Positions 50,375 to 64,000 of a DNA stretch of 64,000 nt are shown piece after piece. Position 1 is the first letter of the stretch. Each line of letters opens with the position of its first letter. The notes beneath the pieces were generated by a model. That model was not told the origin of the DNA and made no database searches. It worked only from the letters and a program-made list of their open reading frames with translations. A program made the position numbers and the translations under genes. This stretch comes from the human T2T-CHM13v2.0 reference genome, Homo sapiens: NCBI RefSeq assembly GCF_009914755.1, contig NC_060927.1; one strand, 5' to 3'.

Positions 50375-51390
50375 ATTCATTTATTCAACAAACATTTTTT
50401 AATATCTGCTTATGTGTTCAGAGGGCAATAAGAGGTGACAGGACAGACACTGATCTCTGTCCTTTTGAAACTACTGTGTACTGGGGGAAACAGCAAACTA
50501 TGATGAAGATTGAGAAGGAAAAGTTCTTTTAATTGTGATGTTAGGGTGCCGATTTTAGATCTTTCCCACTTTCTGATGTGGGCTATAAATTTAAGGCTAT
50601 AAATTTCCCTCTAAACACTGCTTTAGCTGTGTCCCACAGATTCTGGCACGTTGTGTCTTTGTTCTCATTGGTTTCAAAGAACTTATGTATTTCTGCCTTA
50701 ATTTCAAGGATTATATATCACTCTACTACAAAGACACATGCACACACGTTTATTGCAGCACTGTTTACAATAGCAAAGACTTGGAACCAACCCAAATGCC
50801 TATCAATGATATACTGGATAAAGAAAATGTGGCACATATACACCATGGAATACTATGCAGCTATAAAAAATGAGTTCATGTCCTTTGCAAGGACATGGAT
50901 GAAGCTAGAAACCATCATTCTCAGCAAACTAACACAGGAACAGAAAACCAAACACCGCATGTTCTCACTCATAAGTGGGAGTTGAAAAATGAGAACATAC
51001 AGACACAGGAAGGGGAACATCACACGCCAGGGCCTGCTGCAGAGTGGGAAGGTAAGGGAAGGGATAGCACTAGGATAAATACCTAATGCATGCGGGGCTT
51101 AGAACCTAGATGATGGGTTGATGGGTGCAGCAAACCACCAAGGCACATGTATACCTATGTAACAAACCTGCATGTTCTGCACATGTATCCAAGAACTTAA
51201 AGTATAATAAAAAAACAGAAAATAAAAAATAATTATAAAATTTAAAAAAAGAAAAGGAAAAGTTCTGTATAGGAAAAGCAATGGGTGCTATGAGACCATC
51301 TAACAGATGGACCTAACCTAACATGGAGAGTTTGGGAAGTCAGCATTAGGATGTGACATTTAAGCTGAAAACAGTTAGATTTATCCAGAC
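50375..51390 (-). mobile_element. L2 fragment (host of the L1PA7 insertion; ~50375-50514 and ~51267-51390)
   Basis: 'ttcatttattcaacaaacattt...tatgtg' and, after the L1, 'gggtgctatgaga...gtgacatttaagctgaa'. Confidence 0.55.
50528..51253 (+). mobile_element. L1PA7-like insertion with 5' inversion
   Basis: 50522-50705 is antisense ORF2 (reverse translation [37 protein letters not shown]); 50706-51253 is sense ORF2 C-terminus, 3'UTR and A-tail; TSD aaggaaaagttct at 50515-50527 and 51254-51266. Confidence 0.92.
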
Positions 51391-51479
51391 TTCAAAATTT
51401 GGTAGTGAGCCTGAATGAGGATTCAACAAACAAAATGCAATTAATCTGAGTAACTTTCATGAATAGTAGTTTCACTATT

Positions 51480-52195
51480 TATTCTTAATCTAAAGAAAAT
51501 GAAAATTGACACAACTATTGAACTCTTAATAAATTTATTTCTTTAGAGGTATAGTACTTCCGAGAATTTTTTGCATATTGTAGAACTAAGTAACTAAGTA
51601 AACATACTGATATTCTTAAGAACCAAGTCTCTCACTGTAGAAGGATAAAACAAAGGGAATATACATAGTAAAGGAAGAATCCTGTGAAGTTTGGATTGTA
51701 ATGGGAAATCCCGATATAAATTTGTGTGTGTGTCCCAGCTTTCTTTATTTAAAGGAAGCAATAAAGACCATTAACCAGGAGCATTACTAGCGCCCAAATC
51801 TAACTACTACAACAAAAAGATCCAGAGCTCCCTGGAAAATCAAAAAGTGCTCATATGGGGACAAGACAAAGGGACCCAGCAGCCACCTTAAAGAGGCAAC
51901 CCTGGTTACATCTGGGACAATATAAGCATCAAAATAAATAGACAATAACTCATTGAGTAATTTAAGAATCCACGACTACATACTGATTTTATACATTTAT
52001 ATACACACAGATTATATATATATCAATAGATAGATAATGATAGATAGATCTATAGATAGAAGGAAAAGCTGTGCCTTACAATAGAATGCCAGAAAATACA
52101 TATAGAGGAAACTATGGAGTTAGAAAATAACTATTTCTACTTTCATAATATATGTAAAAAGTTGATTCAGGCAAAAATAATTACTGTCTGCTAAA
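51480..52195 (+). mobile_element. Old L1MC/MD 3'UTR fragment
   Basis: 'aaccaagtctctcactgtagaag', 'ccagagctccctggaaaat', 'atctgggacaatataagcatcaaaataaata', 'aagaatccacga'. Confidence 0.55.
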
Positions 52196-52674
52196 TGTAA
52201 AGCCCTTGAAGGTAAGGGCTTCTACAAACAACCAGCACAGGATCTTGCATCTGCTAAGACGTTAACATGTTTGTAGAATTTAAACATCTCTCAAAAGCCT
52301 CGGCAAGAATGCCTTTGATTTCCAGGCACAGGAGAAGGAATGGACCTATCTACCCATGCCATGCTCTGGTGCAGACCCAGTTGCCAAGTGCTGAGAATGA
52401 CCATTTGTTCTTTTTCACAATATAGGCACAAAGCCCAGGGCCTGTGAGCTTTTCAGGGGCTTACACAAACACTGGAGACATGAAAAACATGTGTAAATTG
52501 GCTTCAAAATAGGAAAAGCACCAAAGTCTAAATCAATGAATATTCAATTAAATATTTAAATAACGTATAACCTGTCAACCTCATTCTTAGCATCACAAAC
52601 ATTGTCTTTATACTTGAAAACAATTTTGAAGTTAGACTTTCTCATTTTGTAACTAGTGCAACCTCTTATTAGGT

Positions 52675-52993
52675 TTCTGTTTTTGTTTAACCTTTATTTT
52701 GAACTGAGAGGTACAAGTGCAGGTTTGTTACATAGGTAAAGTTGTGTCATGGGGGTTTGTTGTACAGATTATTTCATCACACAGGTATTAAGCCTAGTAC
52801 CCATTAGGTTTTTTCCCTGATCCTCTCCCTCCTCCCACCCTCCTCCCTCTGAAAGGCCCCAGTGTGTGTCGTTCTCCTCTGTGCATCATCACTTAGCTCC
52901 TGTTATTTAGCTCTCTCATTATAAGTGAGAACATGCAGCATTTGGTTTTCTGGTCCTGTGTTAGTTTGATAATGACCTCCAGCTCCACCTCAT
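52675..52993 (-). mobile_element. L1PA (PA11-13-like) 3' fragment
   Basis: 'ggtacaagtgcaggtttgttacataggtaaa...gtcatgggggtttgttgtacagattatttcatcac...ataagtgagaacatgc'. Confidence 0.88.
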
Positions 52994-53033
52994 ATGTATA
53001 ATCATTGTGAAGAAATAAAAACTGATCTTATTT

Positions 53034-53353
<320 letters not shown>

Positions 53354-54319
53354 TGAGTTACTTAAAACTCTTGATTGTCTTCTACCCCCTCCTTTGGGGT
53401 TTCCTGCTATACAATGATGGTATCAGTTAAGATATATGAGGTACCATGGATAAACATTTCATTTATGCACAGCCAAGTCATTAGAAAATACATGCCTAGC
53501 CAGCAAAAGTTTCCAAGCCCACAGACCCCAGTTTAGCCCCTATATAATGTCCCAAATTCTTACTCTAATCCATTGCGGCCAAAACTCCTCCCCAAAGCCC
53601 AAGATCTTCCCGCTGGGTTGGGGCTGGGGAGTGGTTCATGTGTGATTCCACGTTTAATTACTAATTTATTTTCATAGGGTCATTTCTCTTTATAAAAGTG
53701 TTATGATATACAGTATAATTACTAAGTTAATCAGAACGGGTATTGTGTAGCTTACTCTTAGATCTTCTCCTCCATTGGGTCAAAATCCAACCGTGTTCTT
53801 GGCTTACTCTTCTTTCAAAGGCATGAACACTGCATTTTCCATTTTTTTCTCCACATTTTGTATGGTGTTAACATGATATTTCCAACCTATACGATTTTTT
53901 CTTGTATTTACTAACAATGCATTTTATTTTGCCTAGCAAGCCTTGATATGCTTCTCTTCTTCAATGCAATACATTTATTTCTGATCAATTCTGCCATTCA
54001 ATAGTAGTCAAATAATTTCAAAATCATATTTTAAATGTTATTTTAATCTTGCCAATAGAATTATATTTAATGGCATCTGAGTATATGTTGTTATTTTGAT
54101 ATTACTCAGGTGTGGGCCTCTAAAGCAAGAGTGCCTAGGACCTATGAAGGTCTTTAAATAGCCTCAAAGCTAAGGAATGAGCTAGAGAGTTTATACACTC
54201 ATTTAGCAATTAGTTGACAGATTATTATATGCCAGAAATTCTATTAGGTGTTACTGGGCATATAAATGACTATAAAACACTATTTATATCCCTTAGGAGT
54301 TAACAATATAATTAGGGAG

Positions 54320-54750
54320 GGTGGAACTGACTAATTGTTCACTGATCTTTGCTCTCTATTTTTTTTTTTAATATTCTGCTAAGCTACTATCAGAGTTCCC
54401 CTACAATTAGGTGAGCCATAGGACTGAGTGTGGCCAATTGGAGTATGAGCGGAATGCATATCACCTCCATATGTGGCCACCAAAAGCTTACATGAGTGTC
54501 CTCACTTTCTTTTATTTTATCTTAAACTGTTGACCGGATGTGGAGGATCCATTGCAGGCTTTTGAAGTCCTAGGGAATAGTGATTACAGTAAATGAAGCC
54601 TGGACCACTGAAGTAACTGCATGGGACAGAGTTCTCCTCAACCCCCATGCCTATATAATGTAAGATGAGCAAGAATTAAACTTTGGTTGTTTGTACCATT
54701 TAGATTTTGAAATAGTTTGTTACATCAGTTAGCATACCCTGAATAATACT
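54320..54750 (+). mobile_element. MLT1 (H/I/J-like) MaLR LTR
   Basis: 'ttaggtgagccataggactgagtgtggccaat...gaagcctggaccactga...gagcaagaattaaacttt...tttgttacatcagttagc'. Confidence 0.6.
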
Positions 54751-57690
54751 GAGAGACTAAACTCAATCACCCATGACTTCAGCTTTTAAAAACTGCTAAA
54801 ATAATACATAAATTTTGAAGTGGTAGGAATAATTTCTGTTTGTTAGGTTATGTGAGGGATCTTCTCTCTAATGATGAACAGCACCTGAGGCAATTGTTGA
54901 TGGAATGTCACAGACCCCACCAAACACAAATCTTCCTCTTATTATTTCTCCCTTGTCCTTGTCTTTGATGTGCACATTCCCATTACATTTTTCTTTCCTT
55001 TTAGCCTTAGTTTTCCAACTGTCTGAAAATCAGCTCCATATACTACCTATTTTTGTCTACCCCCTTAGGTTTGAATTTTCAAAATTTACATTCATCTCTT
55101 TATGCATAAGATATCATTCTGTTAATTACATATTATTCCCATCTATTCTCCACTATTAAAACAAGTCCTTTAGGGCTTATAAATTTTTGTTACCATGTAT
55201 TGTTATTTTTAAGTATTTCCAAGGCAGACATTTATTAAACATTGACTTTCTACCAAGTAGCAATCTAAGGGAGTGATAGATTGTAGAAATTTAACAGTTA
55301 AGGACATGAGTTCCTAGATAACATTTATTTGGAATTTAAACCCCTGCTTTTCACTTACTACATGATCTTGGATAAATTATTTGAGCCTCAATTTTCCTAT
55401 TCTAAAGTGGAAATAATGACACCTGCTTCATAGAGTTGGTATATGTATATGGCTTAAATGAGATAATACACATGAAACAACAACTTTATAGTGGGGACTT
55501 AATGGATGGCAGTTACCAATATTATTATTACCATGGTTGTAATTAGTATTCATATATCTGAATTTTTAAAAATTCTGCCCACAAGGGGCTCAGCATCTAG
55601 TAATGGCCCTTTAATTGGCCATAATCAATGAAACATCATTACTTTTATTTCTTGACTACATAGACCTTCTCCTTTAGAAGTTCTCTGTAATCTGAGAGCA
55701 AATTAATCAAGTTGAAAGAATTTGTCTGTATTTAGTTCAATTTATTTAAGCTTGTAATTTTACAATATTTTTTGTAGCTCTATTGTATAATTTTTCTTTT
55801 TTGGTGACATTGTGATTTCAAGTGAGGAATTGCAGTCAAATGACATTTTTATCATTGTCTTTTATAGGTAATAAACATGATAGGCATAAACAGATTAACA
55901 CTGTACTGTGCTTAAGAATGCTTAACTGAAAATATATCAATCACTTAGTGTATTCTGGCCAGAAATTTGGAAAAATGTATCTACTGATTCTGAATACTAA
56001 TTAAAGGCTTAAATTACAATGATAATTCTTAGATGGTCTCCCTGCCCTCTTCCAATCCATCCTTCTACTACCTTCTCAGTGATCGTTAAAAATGCAAATC
56101 TGGTCATATGACTCCCTGATAACCTTTCCCTCCTCATTATTATAAATTACCCCATGACTTCATATATCATATAAGGTCCCTCATTAGGTAATCTCACTCA
56201 CCTTTCCAGTTTCATTTATGCAGCTCCTCCATATTCAGCCTCAGCCTAAACTAGATGGAACTATTTTCAGTTCCCAGAATATACAATACTTTTGTTCAAA
56301 CTGTTTCCCCTGGCTAGAGGCCTTTTCCACTTGTTTCCCAAACACCTACATGATTGGGGGACTCAAACCTCTTCTTTTGGAATTCCTTCTGCATACTTCC
56401 ACTGCTTTCACCAAATAGAATTGAGCTCTGATTCATTTGTGCCCAAATGTTACCAGTAAGACTTTATGGTACACCCTTGTGTTTATATCTGTCTTGCCTA
56501 TTGGCTCTATGAAGGCAAAGTAGGGATTACTTCAGTGAATAAGCCCTGTAGATCCTGTCCAGATGATCATCTCATAAATCTAAACCACATCTCTAGCTTG
56601 CCATGCTTAATATGGAACAGCAAGGGGAAGAGACGTGGTGATTAATGAAGTGGTCTTGGAATTAGTTTGAAATCAGTCATTTATTGAGTGACCTTTGCCA
56701 AATTATTTAAACTTTCCATACTTTATCTTCTCATATATTAAATAGAGATGATAATAATAATAAATGTCTCATGGGATTCTAGGTAGGATTAAATGAGTTT
56801 AATGCTTACCATTCAGTAAATATTATAATTATATTATTGTTATCCTATATAAACTTATACAGTTTTTTTTAGAAAGGTAAGATAATGTGCATCTTGTTTA
56901 AAAAAATGACACATAAATCCATTTTGGAAAGTAAATTTTTTTCTCATTTTAAATGTAGCAGAGGAATACTTAGAAATCTAACTGATCATCTTTTTTAATG
57001 AGAGGAGTTAGATTTATTTATATGGGCTTAAAGTAAGGCATATCTATACTCGTCATTAGTTTCATGTAAATTTAGATTATGAAGCATATTCATATACCAA
57101 ATGCTGTACTTCCAGTCTACTAAATTGGTCATTTCAAGACATATTCCTTTTTTTTCTCTCTCTCGCTCTCTCTCTCTTCTGACTATCTCTACGTTCCTGC
57201 CATATGGAACTGCTGTAATTCCCTAAATGTGGCCTACCAATCACCCACCTAAGCTTCCACAAAGCTTCCCTCTGCCTAAATTATCTCTCCCCCATAGCTA
57301 ACACTCCAACTCCAAATTCAGCTCAGTGGTTATTTCAGCTAAGATATTTTTCCACCATCTCCATCATTCTGATTTTTTCTCCCTTCCCTGTGTTACCAAA
57401 GCACCACACGTATACTCCCAACATGGAATTTATTATTGTTTTGAAATTATCTGTTTATTTTCTGTCTCTCTAACTAGACCACCTATTCCTGGGTGCAGGA
57501 ATCTTCATATTTCTGGTCCTAGGACATTGATGTTTGATACAGGTGTTAAATAATATAATTAGAATAAATTGATATAATCAAGGATAAATAAATGAATACA
57601 GCTTTAAAAAGGCTATCCATAGTCAAATATCCACCAATAGTAGCATGGATAAGTAAATCATGGTATTTTCACATATGGCATACTCTATAG

Positions 57691-57877
57691 CAGTGGTTCT
57701 CAAGATGTAGTCCCCAGGCCAGTAGCATCAGTATCACTCACGGACTTGTTAGAAAGGCAAATGCTTGGGCTTCGCCCCAGTTCTACTGAAACTGAAACTC
57801 TGGGGGTAAAGCTCAGAAATCTGGTTTATCAAGCCCTCCAGATGCTTCTGAAGCACACTAAAGCCTAAAAATCAGTG
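57691..57877 (+). mobile_element. MER5A (hAT-Charlie MITE) inserted in an old L1 fragment
   Basis: 187 bp, 'cagtggttctcaa...agcatcagtatcac...cttgttagaaaggcaaat...aagccctccagatgcttctga...cagtg'. Confidence 0.85.
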
Positions 57878-60350
57878 GTCTACAATAGAGAGAGTTAATA
57901 ATCTATAAATACACATAATAATATAGAATAATCTATAAATACCCACAATAATATAGACAAATTTCACAAATTCATGAAATTTGTGAATTGTTGAGTGAAA
58001 GAAGCCAGATACAGGAAAAGTATATACTATATATATAAATACATTTATATATAGTCTAAAAACAGGCAAAATTAATCATTGTTGTTAGAATGCACTGTGT
58101 TACCTTTTGTCAATCTGGCTACATAATTTGCAAGGCCCAATAGAAAATGAAAACGTAGAAACCCTTGTTAATGTTTTTAAAAATCTAGTTCTTCAAATGC
58201 TTTCCATATATCTTAGGTTCTAGAATGTTTAATCTCACAATTGTCTCCTTAAGATATATTGACTGTATCTTTAGCATCAGAAATTTTTTGAGATGCATGG
58301 GAAGAATCTGGTATCAGAACAAAACCTGATCCTTGAATAAGAAAGAATTTGGTAGAAACTAACAGGAGCTTAATATAAATGATAAGTCTTGTTTTATTTG
58401 AAACAACAGACCACAATTTATTCAGAAACACATGAAGTACTTGAAGCCCCCTTGATTTTCTGCTATTATCATACAGCATAATATATTTTTTATTCAAAGT
58501 TTAATAGATATGGCCTTGTCATTGTGCCAGTCATCTAGGACAAACAGAAACTTCAAGAATCGAAATCCTGTATAAGAAAGGTAGTAAGAAATACAGTCAC
58601 TTTTCTAGTAGAAAATGTGTTAGGCATCAGTAATTTCCAGAGAATAGGTTTTGTAAGGGAGAAGAAGGGAGAGCACATCAGCCTGGGCATCTTTCGAGGG
58701 TAAAAGAAGATGGCCAAAGGAGAAAAAAAGGACACAGAACAACTTCTTCTATTTTATACTCTTGCACAAGGCCCTTCTGTATTTAAGTGTACTAGTATGC
58801 CCTAGACTCAAAGGGCAACTTATTTTGGAAGTCATAAACATTGATAGCTGTTTGCATCTGAGAGAAGCCTGTCACGGCAATTTGAGGAGTGACGTCTTTG
58901 CTGAGATTGGTGCTCTCTCAGAGGAATAAAAAGATGTCATAGTTGTAACAATTAAGAAGACACTAGTCTCTTTTTGAACAGACAGCTCCTGGTTGGCTCC
59001 TGGGGTAAGCAGAAGAAACATTCATATTCAATTTTTAGGATTCTTGATATGTAAAACATATTGATTATAGGAGGTGTCTATTCTTTTGTATTGCACTTAA
59101 GGCTCTTATTGTTTAAGAGCTCTTACAAAAAAGGGCATGTGACTGAACAAGTAATGCCTATGCTTTTCAATCTAAATTGAAAATATAATTAAAATATGCC
59201 CATTAAGTCATGTATTTTAGAAAACGTTGCTTCTATCATCCTATGAGCTGGATCAGCTTCTTCTACTTCATAATTTTGCACCAGGTCCTTCCAGATTCAA
59301 GTGCACTAATATGCCTCGGGCTCAAACATGGCTCAAACACATGCCCAGCAACATAGTTCAATAACATCTTTCTTAATCATTGTCATCATCATTATCTAGC
59401 CAGCAAGTGGTGCATTTTGCAAATACAATTGTTCCCTTAAGGAGGTGCACATCTGCATAAACAAGATAAAGACACAGAAAATCTCAAATACTTCAAACGC
59501 TGAATAACCAAATTAATTTATATTAATAATTATGAAAAAGAAATGTCACAATTCCTGCCCTTCTCCATCTGTGGGGTAAGATATTTGAATTCTAACAACT
59601 GCATGTAATTCTGTGAAAAAGAAGTCATCAGTAAAATAAAATGCAGCATATCTCAATTTTTATGGTAAAGAATATTTCTCACTATTAGAAAAAAAAACAA
59701 AACTCCTTGAAACACTAATTTGGACAGTTTTTGCAGCATCAGATTTATGTTAATTAATTCAAAAAATCTCCAAGGCCCTTTCTGCACCAGTGAAAAACTT
59801 ATAACTATTTGTACTTTAGTGTTTCATTTATTAAAATCATGTATCTGACAGACAAAACTTTGAAAACCAACTTTTCCTTTTATTTTTTAAATTGACATAA
59901 TAATTACACATATTTATGGGATACACAGTGGTGTTGCAATACATATAAAGTATAGTGATCAGATCAGGATAATTAGCATATCTATCATCATTTATTATTT
60001 CTTGGTGTTGGGAACATTCAATATCCTCCTTCTACCTATATAAAACTATGTATTGTTAACTGCAGTCATCCTACAGTGGAAGAACACCAGAATTTATTTC
60101 TTCTATTTGACTGTAATTTTGTATCCTTTAATCTCTCCCTATCCCTGCCTTCTCACCACCCTTCCCAGCCTCTAGTATCCTCTGGTCTACTTTTTATTTC
60201 TATGAGATCAACTTTTTTTTAGCTTCTACATATGAGTGAGAACATGTGATGTTTAATTCTCTGTTCCTTGTGAATTACACTTAACATAACGTCCTCCAGT
60301 TCCATCCATGTTACCATGAATGACAGAATTTCATTCTTTTCAAAAGTTGA

Positions 60351-60455
60351 GGCCGGTCGCGGTGGCTCACGCCTGTAGTCCCAGCACTTTGGGAGGCCAA
60401 GGAGGGCAGATCATGAGGTCAAGAGATTGAGACCATCCTGGCCAACATGGTAAAA
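60351..60455 (+). mobile_element. 3'-truncated Alu (first ~105 nt, AluSc-like) inside L1MA
   Basis: 'ggccggtcgcggtggctcacgcc...gaggtcaagagattgagaccatcctggccaacatggtaaa' then (TA)n/(CA)n. Confidence 0.9.
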
Positions 60456-60820
60456 TATATTATATATATATGAAATTGAAGAGGATAAACAATGGAAACG
60501 CACACAACACACATGTACAAACACACACACATATATCACATTTTCTTTATCCATTCATCTGTTGTTGGACACCTAGGCTGATTTCATAACTTGGCTACTG
60601 TCAATAGTGCTACAATAAATGCAGAAGTGCAGATGTCTCTTTGATATACTGATTCCTTTTCTTTGGATAAATGCCAAGTAGTGGGATTTCAGGATCATAC
60701 GGTAGTTCTGTTTGTAGTTTTTTGTGGACCCTCCATACTGTTCTCCATAGTGGATATACTAGTTTACATTCCTACCAACAGTGTGTAAGAGTTCTATTTT
60801 CTCCATATCCTCACCAGCAT

Positions 60821-60857
<37 letters not shown>
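60821..60857. repeat. (TTG)n trinucleotide microsatellite
   Basis: ~12 perfect TTG units inside L1MA. Confidence 0.97.
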
Positions 60858-60859
<2 letters not shown>

Positions 60860-63800
60860 TATTATAGCCACCCTAACTGGGGTGAGATGATACTTCACTG
60901 TGGTTTTGTTTTGTATTTCTCTGGTGATTAGTCATGTTCAGTATGTTTTTGATATATTTGTTGGCCATTGTATGCCTTTTGAGAAATGTCTGTTTTGATC
61001 ACTCTCCCATTTTTAATTAGAGTTGGTTAGTTTTTGCTGTTGGTAAGTTTGAGTTCTTTGTATATTCTGGATATTAATCCCCTGGCAGATGAATAGTTTT
61101 CAAATATTTTCTCCTATTCTGAAGGTTGCCTTTTCACTCATGATTGTTTCCTTTGCTGGCAGATTTTTAGTTTGATAAAATACCATTTGTTTATTTTTAC
61201 TTTTGTTGCCTGTGCTTTGAGATCTTATTCATAAAATCTTTTCCCAGGCCAATGTCCTGAAGTGTTTTCCTTGTGTTTTCTTCCAGTAGTTTTATAGTTT
61301 TGGGTCTTATAGTTAGACATTTAATCAATTTTATGTTGATTTTTGCATAGGGTGAGAGGTGGTAGTCTAATATTATTCTGCATATGGATAATCAGTTTTC
61401 CAGTACCATTTATTGAAGAGACTGTCCTTTCTCCAACAAATGTTGTTGGCAACTTTGTCAAAAATAAGTTGGCTGTAGGTAAGTGGATTAATTTATGGAT
61501 TCTCTATTCTGTTTCGTTGTTCTGCATGTCTTTTTATGCCAGTACAATGCTGTTTTGGTTACTACATCTTTGCAGTATATTTTGATTGCTGGTAGTGTAA
61601 TTTCTCTAACTTTGTTCTTTTGGTTCAGAATTGCTTTGACTGTTCTGGTTGTTTTGTGTTTCCATACAAAGTTTAAGATTTTCTATTTCTGTTAAGACTG
61701 TCAATGGTATTTCGATAGGGATTGTATTGAATCTGTAATAGCTTTGGGTAGTATGGTCATTTTAACAATACTAATCCTCTGATCCATGAACGTGGGATGG
61801 GTTTCCATTTGTTTGTACCCTCTTCAATTTCTTTCAGCAGTGTTGTGTTGTTTTCCCTGTAGAGATCTTTCACTTCCTTGGTTAGATTTATTCCTAGGTA
61901 TTTCTTTTTTTTTTTTTTTGGTAGCTACTTAAATGGGATTGTCTTCTTGATTTTTTTTCAGCTAGTTCAATGTTGGTATATAGAAATGCTACTATTTTTT
62001 TGTATATGGATTTTGTATCCTGTAACTCTGCTGAATTTATTTTTCAGTTTTGGTAGACTATTTAGGTTTTTCTATACATAAGATTGTTTCGTCTGCAAAC
62101 AGAGACATTTGACTCCTTCTTTCCAATTTGAATGCCCTGCCTAATTTCTCTGGCCAGGACCTTCAATACTATGTTGAATAAAAGTGGTGAGAGTGGGCAT
62201 CCTTGTCTTATTACAGTTCTTAGAGAAAAAGCTTTCAGTCTTTCCTCAATCAGTATAATGTTAACTATGGGTTTGTCATATACGGCCTTTATCATGTTAA
62301 GGTACTTTCCTTCTATACCTAATTTGTTGAAAGTTTTTATCATGAAGGGATGTTGAATTTTATCAAATGATATCTATTGAGATGATCATATGGTTTTTGT
62401 GTCCTTCATTCTATTGATGTGATGTATCACATTTATTTATTTGCATATGTTGAACCATCCTTACATTCTTGGGATAAATCCCACTTGATCATGGTGCATT
62501 ACTGTTTCGATGTATTGTTGGATTTAGTTTTCTAGTGTTTTGTTGAGGATTTTTACATCAATGGTCAGAGAGATATTGGCCTGTAGTTTTCTTTTTTGTT
62601 GTTGTATTCTTTTCTAATTTGGGTATCAGGCTTATGCTGGCCTCATAGGAGAGTTAGGAAAAGTTCCCTCCACTTCAATCTTTTGGAATAGTTTGAGAAG
62701 GATTGATATTAATTCTTTAAAGTTTCAGTAGAATTCAGTGGTGAAGCCATCTGGTCCTGGACTTCTTTTTTTGTTGGGAGATTTTTTATTACTGATTCAA
62801 TCTCATTACTTGTTATTGGTCAGTTCAGGATTTCTGTTTCTACTTGGTTCAATCTTGATAGGTTGTATGTGTCCAGGAATTTATACACTTCCTCTAGGTT
62901 TTCAAATTTATTGGCCTAGAGTTGTTCACAGTGATCTCTAATGATTCTTTATCTTTCTCTGGTGTCCATTGTGCCATCTCTTTTTGGTTTCTGATTTTAT
63001 TCATTTGGGTCTTCTCACTTTTTTCTCAGTCTAGTTCATGGTTTGTTGATTTTGTTTATCTTTTAAAAAACAACTTTTTCTTTCATTGATCTTTTGTATT
63101 TTTTAGTTTCAATTTCATTTCTTTCTGATCTGATTTTTATTATATGTTTCCTTTTACTAATTTGCAGTTGGTTTGTTCTTGCTTTTCTAATTCCTTGATA
63201 TGCATCAAGTTGTCCATTTAAAATCTTTCTAGTTTTTTGACATAAAAACCATTTTTGAGCATTTAAACACTGATCACAGATTGTTTTTGTACAAAATTGT
63301 AATTACAATTTAGCATGACTAATACTTTTGTATAGGTAAAATCTCTGTACACCATGCAAACCACACATAAAGGCAATGGTTACAAAGTGTGTTAGCAAGC
63401 ATACATTTACACTTAATCTATAAACACCATGAATTTGATTTATTTCCTTACTGTACATGTTTTTAAATCTTCCTAGGATTAGTACCATACTACTGTAATA
63501 TCTTCTCAGGGTTTTTACTTATCTTGACACCTTCTCAAGTTTGCTATAGTCTCACCAGAACAATCAAGTGTACAGGTTTTTGATGGATTGTTTATTGTTT
63601 AAGTTAAGAAACTTAATTTCTTTTCTCAATTTCCTCTCTTCTCTCCAAATTTTAAAAATTCATACCTTTCATAGAGGTTTTACTTTTGTGCAACCTGATG
63701 CCTTTTCCTAAAAAAATTCTTAAAATTTTTTATTGTGAAAATTTCCAAAGAGACAAAAATGTAGTAAAGTATAAAATGTTCTCCATCAACATTTCACCTA

Positions 63801-64000
63801 ATAGTTCTAGCACCCATTAATTCCTCTTTCTCTCTTTCTGAAAATATTGATTCCTAACAATGTTAGAAATTGATTTTTTTCTATAATATAAATATATTTT
63901 CATTAATAATATAAATACTAACTGTAGGTTAAGATTTTTTTGCACTTCAGAGTCTATAATCAAATGTTACATTTTAAGATCAGTTACAGTAATTATTTTC

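Larger units (their letters stand above)
59876..63240 (-). mobile_element. L1MA (MA4/5-like) 3' ~3.2 kb including degenerate ORF2 RT
   Basis: Antisense L1MA 3'UTR from ~59880; ORF 62062-62343(-) contains RT motif ...[15 protein letters not shown]; many disruptions. Confidence 0.9.

Noticed and set aside
50578-50985. 135-aa ORF with L1 ORF2 C-terminus
   Set aside because: Chance fusion across the inversion junction of a dead L1.
53612-53635. G-rich run as a possible G-quadruplex
   Set aside because: Only three runs of three or more G.
62062-62343. Reverse-transcriptase-like ORF
   Set aside because: Fragment of degenerate L1MA ORF2; not a novel RT system.

Overview
Primate (very probably human) AT-rich, repeat-dense non-coding DNA; I can support no intact protein-coding gene, tRNA/rRNA or CRISPR array. 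The main feature is a full-length processed pseudogene of RALBP1 (RLIP76) on the + strand (~40017-43887). It has 5'UTR, an intronless CDS with start loss, 3 frameshifts and 4 stops, a ~1.65-kb 3'UTR, AATAAA and an A-tail. It sits inside a MER21-type LTR that also hosts an MLT2A1 LTR, itself split by an Alu. The rest is Alu, L1, L2, MIR, MaLR/ERVL LTRs, hAT DNA-transposon fossils and microsatellites. I found no convincing new biological system. Best leads: (1) new ATGs plus a compensating frameshift re-open a 194-aa RALBP1 N-terminal ORF behind a CCAAT/GC-box/G4 5' end lying head-to-head with the MLT2A1 LTR; (2) a very young AluYk11-like element in a close inverted pair with another AluY; (3) a twin-primed L1PA7 with a large internal deletion; (4) a perfect 18-bp inverted repeat. 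Repeat subfamily names come from remembered consensus sequences, and boundaries without TSDs are approximate.
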